NCBI GenBank assembly: GCA_000708835.1
Contig: DF237035.1
Coordinates: 156,263 to 220,262, forward strand
Direction: 5' to 3'
Source of the DNA: Klebsormidium nitens
Taxonomy: Eukaryota; Plantae; Klebsormidiophyceae
DNA: 64,000 nt
In this document: positions 1 through 10,291 of the stretch, in pieces
How the letters are laid out: every line of letters begins with the position of its first letter
Numbering within the stretch: the stretch's first letter is position 1
Program-made: the position numbers and the translations under genes
The notes under the pieces: generated by a model
Databases searched by the model: none
Seen by the model: the letters and a program-made list of their open reading frames with translations, nothing else
Told to the model about the DNA's origin: nothing

Positions 1-2848
1 TGGGGTAGTCCGCGATCCGCCGTAGCATGCACTTGAACAGTCCGTAGTAGACGATGTCGAACCGGATGAGCGTCGCGAACAAACGGACGTCCGCAAGCGT
101 CGGAGAAGGCACGCTCGCGCCGGGGGGGTAGTATGAGACCAAGTAACGCTGCTTCGCCAAAATTGATTCGCACCGGTCAAGCGCAGCAAACACGCGGCGG
201 CACGCGGCCTCGTAGTCTTCCTGGGGGGTAAGCGAAGGAAGGTTCGATTAGGGTCAAGGGGTTAGGATAACGAGCTTTAGGATGTTTACCTGAGATTTGC
301 AAGGGGGATTCAAACAGGAGCCGGATTGTGGGGACACGACTAGGACAAAGCAAGTTGACTTCTTGAGTTAGTCCAATGAGGTTGGATCCCTGTGCTGGAG
401 ACTCCTCTCTTCGCACATATTCCTCTCTTCGTACGTATTGAATTACCGAGTCCCGCTATTACGAAAACGGCCCATGATAGCAGAACTTGATACGGACTTC
501 GCAGTGTGGCCCAAAACCAGCAACCTCCGTTTCTTTTGGTCCACGGCTGCCTGAACTGCAACCAAGCTCCCAGAAAGCTGGATCAATCTAAATAAAGGCT
601 CCAAGCAGTCCAAGACCAAGTGCGGTCACCTTCTCAACATGCCAAGAACGTGGGGAGAAAGCGTGGTTCTCCCTGCAAAACAAAACGTCATGCTTTTCAT
701 TGAGCTTTAGACGCCCAACAGAAGTCAACGAGGACGAATAACGAAGTCGTGGACGAACTCAAAGAACGTGCCAGCTGTATCGTGAAGCGTCATACCTGGG
801 TCGTTGCAAAGCCCGTCCGGTATACGCCCATGTTCAGCTCCGGGCCGAGCCAGTCGCTTATGGCGTCAATCTCCGATCGGAGATGGGGCGGGTAGTAGTC
901 GGGAACCGGGACGCCCTTTGCGTGCTCCTCGAACTCGCTGTTGAGCATCTCGGAAATGTCGCCGCTCTCGTTGCTGACGACCCTACCAGTTTTAGTATCC
1001 TGCAACAAGAGGACAAAAAGCTGAGGAGGGGAATCGTGAAAGTGTCTTTTAAAACGCAGGCCGGATTGGTTCCTTCAATCGTCACTACAAATTTCGGGCG
1101 GCTCGGCAAGACAAGAACAACCCAATTCGGACAACAAATATCTGGAAGAGTCACGTTGAGGAGAGAGATAGAAACGGGAAAACTCTTGCAAGATGCACAT
1201 ACGCTTTGCCAAGCATTCGACGATAAGGGAATGCTGAATGCACCGAAAGGGCGATGTCACCCCAAAAGGGGAAGTGCAGAAGAATAGTCCCCGCAATGCG
1301 ACTTTTCTCTCGCGTCCGTGAACGGCCACTCTGGCCACGGAGGACCCCAGAAAAGGCGTCAGGACTTTCTGCGAAAGCCGCATTTTCGTCCAGATCCAGG
1401 CACTAGCGCCCATCAACAGATTGAGGTGACTTTTGAGTTACGATACCCCAAAGAAAGGCACGTTCCTTTCCCCACATGTCCAATCTTTTTGACTCCGATC
1501 AGGGCCGTCCCTCAAAAGCCACAGTTCTCTCTTTCTACTTTGAAACGGGCCGAAAACAACAACCCAACTCTACTTTCTTCCCTTTCTAACAGGACCACGT
1601 CTCACAAGCTACGGCCCAATTTTAGCTCTTGAATAAGGCCATCGAAACTCGGAAACCCGAGAGCACTTCTCACCCAGAGCACTGGTACGGACACTCTCCC
1701 CGTGTAGTCCTTGTCCGAAGCCAGGTAGACGTCCGTAAGGAAACGGGCGTCCAGTCCGATTGTGTCCGGACGACACTCGGGGTAGCGCTCGTCGCCTTCT
1801 GGCCCGACAAAGTGCCACCCCTTGGGGTTGTCCTTCAAAGGGTGCAGAACAGTCATTGGGACAGCGGCCTGGGAAGAAGGGGGCGTATTAACGGGTTAAC
1901 ATTCGGTTTAAGGATGCTAGAGATTTGCGTTTTGAAATATCGGGGTTTGGGAGGTGAGGAAAAGTGCGTCGAGAAGGAGAATCCAAGTGTGATAGGTAGG
2001 TGCCATCGATTTGGGTGGCTAGAAGCCTTCAGGACTGTAAAGAATTCGGGGCTGATATTCTACTGGATTGGCTCTGGCTGAAGCAGTGACAAGATTGTCT
2101 CGACGATTTTTGGTCAACTTGTGTACGATCAAGGGATCCTGCTCCCTGATACCACTGGAGTTTAGGGCTTGGCTACTTTGTGTATCCTTTATGAGAATCG
2201 TATTCAAGGGAAGATTGCCATTCAGACTTGTTGACATCTTTTCAGTATGTCGGCGCATCTGGTTTTCAGTTGGGACCTGTTGTTTGTATAACGTGTGTAC
2301 TTATGATTGAGTCGTAGATGCGCAATCATCTCCGTGGTCAGCGCTCCAATTAGGACTTCCTCGTTGGCACTGACTGTGTTCTGCTTTAGCCCCAGTAAGA
2401 GGGGGATCCCTCTGCTGCCTTTCTTATCGTTTCTTTTCTAAAAAGTCAATCCTTGGGTGGGCACAGACTGGTCAGAGCCATGCATGTCACATGAGCAGAA
2501 TCTATAGGCGAAAATGCAATGTTTTGAAGCAATTGAGATAGGGTAACATGTAGACAAAGGGAGGGGGGGAACAAGAAGTCGCATGCATTAGACAACTGGT
2601 ACTGAAAGAAAGAACAAGGAGCGAGGAAACCTAAAAGGAAAAACAGACCCAGAAGCACAAAAATAACCGTGCTGGACATACGCCTCACCTGCAGACCTTT
2701 GAGAGAGCGCATGATGATTGCCCTATGAGAAAAGGGACACGCCAGGGAAACCAAAAGGTGGTATCGTCCAGCCTCTGCCGGCAGATCGGAGGGGCCACTC
2801 GGATTCCGCCTTACCCAGGACTTGAACACAGTGGGCTTGATTTCAGAG
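1..2848 (-). CDS. Glutathionyl-hydroquinone reductase (Xi/omega-like GST, YqjG/ECM4 family). Partial: the 3' end is off-window and the first exon is unresolved.
   Basis: Exons 2689-2848, 1674-1868, 796-999 and 1-220 have GT-AG borders in consistent phase. They give AEAGRYHLLVSLACPFSHRAIIMRSLKGL, YTGRVSVPVLWD, VVSNESGDI, LNMGVYRTGFATTQ and TLADVRLFATLIRFDIVYYGLFKC, all hallmark motifs of the family. Confidence 0.88.
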
Positions 2849-4712
2849 CTGCACGCATAGGAAACAATGTCCCAGTTTGTTGGAAAGCAGCTTCTTTCAG
2901 GATAGTGCTGTGGTTTTCTTGACCTCAGATGAGAAGGGCGGCGCATGTCGGTCTGATGAGCCAGTGTTTCTTGACTGGACAATCTACCCAAAATCCCAAG
3001 CTGAATACATGCCTTCTGCCAAGCTCAGGAATTGAATGATTGTCTTTCCAGATCTTTCTGAAATGTATGAGGGGGTGTTCTGGACATGGTTCTGGCTACA
3101 GGGGGGGGTGTTGAAATTTGGGGTTCGCTGCACTGACATTTCACCCAAGGCAGCATGCTTCGCAATTTTGATAGAGTAATAGTCGGGGGAACTGGGAGGC
3201 AACAGGGTTTACTTCCGGTTCTTTATCTACGGCATTGAAGATCGACCTCCGAGGACTTCTTGCACACGCAAGCATGCTGCCTACCTCACTTCTGTCCGTC
3301 AATTGCAGATGCTATGAAGAGAGCGATTTGTACACGTCCGTCAATAAGGGTGAACATGTAGAAAAACACGTATTATCAGGAGCTAAAACAAAGTGATACA
3401 CATTGCAGACAGCCCATGAATTGCAACAATGCTTAGTCACTGGAAAGACATTCAGAACTACCTGTCAGAGCCCCCATCGCCAGCTGGCACTTTGGGCTTC
3501 TCCGGGAACACCTGGCCTCTCTCAATGTACACCATTCTGGATGGGGGCTGTTGCGCAGAGTTAAGTCGCGACAAAATGGTGGTGGTGTGAAAAGACGAGC
3601 CGAGCAATGCTTGTACAGCCTTGCTTGTAAAGTATGCTCGCTGAAAGGATATGCGGTGAGAGGTTTTTGAGCTGCCCAATCGGGTCCAAACGTGGCAAAT
3701 ACTGGCAGAAGCGGGACGTGTGCGCAAGATTCTGATTCCAACGCCAAACAAAGGCAAGCTGCCAACACCCGACCTGACAATTAATGACATTCGCCCAGAT
3801 CAAAGACCGGTTCCAAACGCCCTTCTACCTACTCCAAAGCAGGGTACATTGAATGATTGATACGCATACGAAAGACGCAATGCTGTGTTTCATTCGCCCC
3901 TATTCGCGTCAACGCAGGCGACCATGCAGCCATATGCCAATCTTTGGGTTGCGCTGCTTCCCGGTGCCTTTGGGACAGATACTCTCAGCACCGTCCGATC
4001 CTTAGAGCGCGCGCGCTAAGACCGAGTGCAGCGGTTGATTTTAACAATCATGTCATGACTCATGACCAGTGCCGCTCAAGCAGCCTCAGATAGGTAGTCC
4101 TAGGAGACTGCCGTAATCATCATCTTACTGTACCGCGACGTGGCTTGCTTCTAGTTATCTTGATTGCAGGTTTCGCAACAAGGCTGTCAAGCTCTTCAAT
4201 CTTTAATATCATCCGAGAGATTCTTCAATAAGCCTGCAGGAACCGGCAATTTTGCTTGCTGTTTTGATTGCAGGGCCCCCAAAATCATGGTCCAATGTCC
4301 CAGGCCAATTATCAGGCTGAGGCAGAGCTTGAGAACAGCATGCATTGCATGGCGTCTTACTTGGGACCACACGCTCGCGAGATCATCGGACATTGACAAC
4401 GGTCCTGGGAACGATTCCAAGCGTAATGCTTAGGGTCCTTAATGACGTTGGAACTAATCAATCCCCTGTGGGCAGCATTGCACAATTTGCAGACTGGCCG
4501 CCATCAAGGAGATCATCCCTGTTGGTACAACGTCTTTCCAGGAACAAAGACATCTTGAACCAAGGTTGCTGGGAAGTTTAAGCAACAGAATCCTTCCTTA
4601 CAGTCTCAAGATTGCAGTATCGAGCTGTTAGCTCGAAAGCCACGAAGGTGTTCCTACTCTCGAGAATCATCGACAAGATCTCGGTCTTTGATTGTATTGT
4701 TCGTTATCGAAG

Positions 4713-7430
4713 ATGGCTTTGCACAGTGCTAGCTTGAAAGTGGTGCTGGACTACGAGGCAGTGCGCAGAGCCACCAACAACTTTGCGCCGTCGCAGCAGA
4801 TTGGTAACGGCGGGTTCGGACCGGTGTACCAGGTGGGCTCCCCTCGGACGCCCGACAACGATGTGACTGTCCTTCGGAGTGTCCGAAATGACTCAGAATG
4901 AGCTAGCTGACACCTGTGGTCCGTGCGAGGTCTGCCGAGAACGCACCCTCAGGAGTCTCCACGAGCTACTCAAGAGAAAGCGGACACTCGTGTTCTACTT
5001 TGAAGTGTTCCTCAAGTGTTTTTCAAGTCCTCATTCGTTCAATCCCTGCTTCATGATTGGGAGTTGTAAGTTTCCTCATCATCCCCAATGTCAGACGACA
5101 CCATTCCGCCAACTGTGCCTTTCACCATTACCTCTACCATCTTTTTCACCCGACTGCTGTGCCCACCCTTCGACAAAAATCCAATCTCTCAACCGCTGCT
5201 ATTTTCAGGGCACCCTTTTCCACACGCCCGTTGCGGTGAAGCTCCTGAGCAAGGACAGCTCTCAGGGGGTAGCCCAATTTGAGTCCGAAGTCCGCCTGCT
5301 AACCGCGCTCCGCCACCCAAACCTCGTCACACTTCTGGGGGGCGCCATCGGTCCGGGGGGGCAGCGATGTTTAGTTTATGAGTTGATGAAGGGGGGAAGT
5401 GCGGATGATTACCTGCCGTTTACCTTTTCTGGGGGGGGAGCGATTGGCGGTATGAAGCGGAGGGGGTTGATGGGATGGCGGCAGAGGGTGAAGGTTTTGG
5501 TGGGGGCAGCACGGGGGCTGCAGTTCTTGCACGAGGCGAAGCCCCCTGTTGTGCACCTAGATTTCAAGGTGAGGGGGGGTCCGGTGGCGGAAGCTTTGAG
5601 ACACTGACTGTGTTTCACCCTTAAGCTGGAGGTAACATGCGTACTCGACGTTTTGTTGATCATTCTGCAAAGTGGGGTCGTTGAGAGGCAGAAGATTGTT
5701 GGAAGCCGCTGAAGCAAGTTAAGCCAGTCAATCATAAGTACGAGATTAATGTTGGATTTACCACTAATTTCAAGTTGATATTTCTGTAGCCATGGGAACG
5801 ACGAAGGTCTCTTTTCCGCGGGTGCGACTGAAGAGCAGTGTCTATGGGCGATGGCGAGACCATGCCTTTTACACTTTTGGGCGGCCCAAAGCACGTCAAA
5901 GTGATCTCACTTGATATTCCCCCCGCTCTGTAAGCGGAGCCCCGACTCAGTCAAAGCCGTATCTCTCTCCTATATGAGAGCAGAGCCTATTCAAAACTTT
6001 CGATGCTTGAGTCCTTACTTTGCCTAACGCTTTTTCCTGCAGGGGTCCAACATTCTGCTGGACGAGTTCTTCAACGCCAAAGTGGGCGACTTCGGGCTGG
6101 CCCGCCAGGCCGCGCTCGCGCACCCCAGCAAGACGCACGCGAGCACGCGCCACATGGCGGGCACGTACGGGTACATCTGCCCCGACTACGCCAGCACGGG
6201 CCACTATGACGCACGCTGTGACGTATACAGCTTCGGCGTGGTGTGCCTGCAAATGCTCACGGGGCTGCCGGCGATCACGGAAGAGGGGGCCACGCTCGCA
6301 GCGGCGATGAAGAAAGATTTGCAGGTATGGCCGTTGGTGACCTCACTTGGAGTCTGTGAGGTCTTTTGCTTGGATTCGGTGTGGATTCTCGGCTGAGAAA
6401 GTCTGCGTGGGAAAGAAGAAAAGGAAGATCTGGAAAGATGGTCGACCCGTTTCGGAAGCTCAGGATGACGCAATGATGACGAGGGCTTTGCAACGAAGAG
6501 GGTTGCTGACGGAGCGTGCCTTTTAGCGGAGAGACTGCGATGGTGGAGAGACGCTTGAAAGGGTACAGCCTGCTTCCTGCAGAATATATGGAGAAAGTTG
6601 TGCCCTTACTTTCGGCCGTTCTCAAAGGTTTCTATCGGCCTGATCACCCTCTTCTCAGAAGTCATCCCGTTGCGGAACACGTCTTTCCAGCACTCGTGTC
6701 CGCCTTGCACCAACTCCTTTTCTTATGTTCGTCCATGTCCCAGAATGATGACGTGGCGTTTTCGCACGCCGATACGGAGGCCGCCTGGCCGCGCGCTGCT
6801 TACGTCAGGCTGGCCGCGCTGGCGTTAGCGTGCGTGCGCGGCCACCGCGCGAAGCGTCCCTGGATGGGCGAGGTCCTCGACCAGCTGGAGAAACTAGGCG
6901 ACGGCACTTTCGACGAACTTTCGAACGCGGGGGAAGTCACTGGGCGGAAAACTTCCAACGTCGAAGAGAGGAGGGGCCATCTGAGGGCTGTCGACGCAAA
7001 TGGTCGAAGCAGGGTTGGAGAAACTAGAGAGAGCGGCGAACGGTTTGCTGAGGGGCCGCGCTTCGATACGAAGCAAAGAACGGGCGACCGAGCTTCTGTC
7101 AGCGGTTCGGAAAACACAGCCGGGGGGTCCGAGCGCGGGGGAATCCGACCCCCCTACTCCGCGAACTACGACGTTCGGCTCTCTGAGTACGAAAAGGACG
7201 TCGTCGGCCCGAGCGCGCTCTGGGCGCCCGCGCGGCCGGCCGCGCCCAGAAAGTGCGCGCGCAAGAAAGGGGAGCAGATGGCCGACGAGGTGGAAGGGGT
7301 TCTGGAACCGAGAGAAGCCCCGGAAGTCAGCTGGTGGCCACGGAGCGGGGGGCAGACTTTGACGCTGGACGATATCCCCCGGAGAGAGGGAGTCCACCCG
7401 GGGATGCCTGCTGCGGGTGGTCCCAGGTAG
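4713..7430 (+). CDS. RLK/Pelle-family receptor-like cytoplasmic kinase, non-RD, with a long disordered C-terminal tail
   Basis: Exons 4713-4832, 5209-5568, 6043-6324 and 6744-7430. Motifs in order: YEAVRRATNNF, IGNGGFGPVY, VAVKLL, FESEV, LRHPNLVTLLG, LVYELM, WRQRVKV, HLDFKGSNILLD, DFGLAR, GTYGYICPDY, DVYSFGVV, KRPWMGEV. No signal peptide or transmembrane segment seen; extra 5' exons are not excluded. Confidence 0.87.
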
Positions 7431-7849
7431 CGCCAATTCTTAGATTCCCTTTGACAGTGATTTTCCAAAAGATTCCTTCGTACGCAAGGCAACACGAAAA
7501 TTCAGAGCTCTATCAATCGCTTGCGCCCTTACTTACGGACCTTAACCGTATTTGAAACATTCGGAAAGAAGCCAAAGACGTTGTGACATCGTTTGAGCGC
7601 GCAGTTCTGATCTCTTTACAACTTTTTCTTCTTTAATTGAAGCCGTAGTGGACTTGCTTGCGGAGTTTGTCAAAACCAATTTAGCGTAACGGTCTTCAGT
7701 GTTAGTTTGCTTGTCGGATAGCGTTCTAGAGTGACCCCGCAGTCGTTAAACACAGGTTTCCGAGCAAACGATCGAACGAGCTTCTCGTCGTAGAAGCAGT
7801 CTCAAGCCACTATGCAGGACATTCATCCAGAAACTGATCAAATTAACGG

Positions 7850-8965
7850 CGCATCAGTCCTTGACAGAGTGCTTGGAGCCTCAGGCGATGGAAGCAGTGC
7901 TGTTCCCTCAAAACGCTTCACCTGTTGGACTTCCCTGAAGCACAAGGCTACAGACACCCCCTCGAGGACCTCAACAGGACTTTATTCTGTTCCCTAGGTG
8001 TTTCCATGCTCACTCCACAAGCCCAAAGTCACCAAACTTCGGCGTCATGACCGCCTCTTGACGCGTCCGACTCTGCGTCCGTTTACAAACGAGGCTTGTC
8101 CACCTGCAGTGATTGAAGCAAATGGATCTTATCATCTCTTTTTGGTTCTGCTGCTGCAGCGGCGGGCCGATGCGGGGCGGCTTGTCACAGTTCGCCATGT
8201 TCCCGCCGTCGCATCTCCGGGGAGCGTCCCCAGCCGTCCGATTGGCATCGAGCTCTTCATCTAGCAGCAGCCAGGGGTCGCGGTGTGGACTTGTGCGCAG
8301 ATGACAGAAACCTGTCTCTTTTGAAAGTGTCAATTCGGTCAACGGTGCTTGGAAGCTTCTTGAATGAGGGCGTGGGATGAATCCGCTGGCGAGCCCGCGC
8401 ATAAGAAGGTGACACATGGTAGCATGGCATTATACGTTTGGGTGCTGTCAACCGATTTTGATCATCAAGTTGCTGAATATCGACCGTAATACAGGTTTCA
8501 AACATAACACCTTGGAACCCAAGGGTGAATATCATGCGTAATTTGTGTACGTGTGCAATAGCTAATACGTGGCCAAGAAGAGACACGCCGCCGTGGATAT
8601 ACGCAACATTCGAAATACGTGCAAATACCTAGCCATATTTGACTTTGAACACTCCTGTTGCATCGATGTTACATGCTGCAAACTTGTTGCTTGAACTTGC
8701 GCCGATCTGCAAGTGATTATCTATTGGCCTGCGCCTTAAAAAAGGACCTTTTGAGATCCTCGAGGCCGTACCCAGAAGAATTGTCCGAGGAGCCACGAAG
8801 AGGACCAAGAATCACAGAGCAGAAAGTCGAGGGCTGCGTCCTGACTGCAGTAACTAGTAAAGGCTTCGAGATTCAGGAGTGTATATGCTCGAAGGGTTTG
8901 CTGACGACCATTTCACACGAGCGCCAGCATAAGCACGTTCATTTCCCCGTCATACGAGCCTGCAG
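7850..8965 (-). pseudogene. Probable decayed RLK/Pelle kinase copy
   Basis: Minus-strand fragments appear in kinase order, broken by stops and shifts: GSYDG after a tttctgcag acceptor (~8960), AYTLLNLEAFTSYCSQD, GFCHL..PHRDPWLLLDEELDA (~8240-8320), MTPKFGDFGLVE (~8010-8050) and NLISFWMNVLHSG (~7820-7850). Confidence 0.35.
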
Positions 8966-9279
8966 AAAGGCCCGGTCTTTGCAGCCTATAGAATCAATTG
9001 AAGTGCTCGTACATGGGGTATGCGCATGCGAGCTCTGTATTAGCGCCACAGGCAAAACCAGATGCTGGAGGTTCGCGCATCCTTCACGGCAACATATCTA
9101 TGTCCTAATCGTCCTCAGGCCTAAAACTCCACTTGAGTTTGAAAGAATAGCAGCCTCAGCAAGCTTCTAGATTATGATGAGGCATGGAATTCTTTGGCAG
9201 ACGTATGCGTGCTCATTCGTGGACCGTCAAGTATACTTTTGTCGCCGTTCCGTCCTGTCCCAGCAACAATCTGCTCTAC

Positions 9280-9850
9280 TGGCATGCATCTACTTCATGT
9301 ATTGGTTCACTGATGCACATGAGATGATATGAAACCCATGCATCGTCAAGTCTGCTTCATGCAGTGCATTTGCATTGATTTTTACTGAACTACGTCTGCA
9401 ACCGCCACGGTGCACCATTGACGAAAATGTACTGAAGGATCTTTCGACTCTCATGCAAAATAAGTAGACGGTACACCTCACATGCATGCCAGCACGTACT
9501 GACACATGCATCAACTTATGACACGCTCCGAGTCATATATGGCCGCCATGCCTGCACAGAACTTTGGTCGAGCTTGGGGCCGGTCATTGATCGATGTATC
9601 ATGCCATGCATATCTTAGTATGACGGTATATCATGCATGTGCACTCTACAATCATACTTGGTTGGACTTTTCTAATCAAGCAGCCGTGAGATCCTTGAGT
9701 CGCTTTTAATATGGACACTTTTCATCCATTGATGAAGTGAGCTTCAGGAAAGATGTCAATGCATGCCAGCACGTATATGCAACGCAGCGCCATGCAAACT
9801 TTCTTCGGAGCGCAAGCATCTGCTCTACAAATGCGTACTAATCATGCACT
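9280..9850. repeat. Dense CATGCA/TGCATG (RY-like) cluster
   Basis: At least 10 CATGCA counted in ~570 bp. A direct 17-bp repeat atgcatgccagcacgta occurs at ~9482 and ~9758. Confidence 0.8.
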
Positions 9851-10291
9851 CAATCAAAAATCTAGATCCAAGTCCGATCTGGCCAATTTGGGATTGGTGC
9901 TGAGACTGAGACGGGAAACTGAGACGGGAATATTATGATCACAAATTGCACGAGACTAAATCACTGTAGCTTCCAGACCGCCCATAAACTCAACAATCTG
10001 GCCGGAATCTATGAATGTTTCAACCTGGTTTTTGAAAGAACACGTAAACAGAAAACCTCTATTGGTTCGTTTCAGGAGCCATTTTACCCCTGAAATGCCA
10101 TTTTCGATCTTGCAGCAATCTATAACGCTGACAAATTTGAGACAGTCTTTATTGCGGACGCCACCTAGAGAAAGCAAAATTTTCTCCAAGAGCTAAATCT
10201 GCTCAATGGGAATGGCCGGAAAACCCCCAGACATTCCCCAAACGAAATACTGGTACACAACGAAACTGTTGGGACAAGATTGCATCTCAAT

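Noticed and set aside
3458-3790. Small ORF ending VYIERGQVFPEKPKVP, reminiscent of short bacterial proteins
   Set aside because: The resemblance is a few residues only, with no supported start or exon structure.
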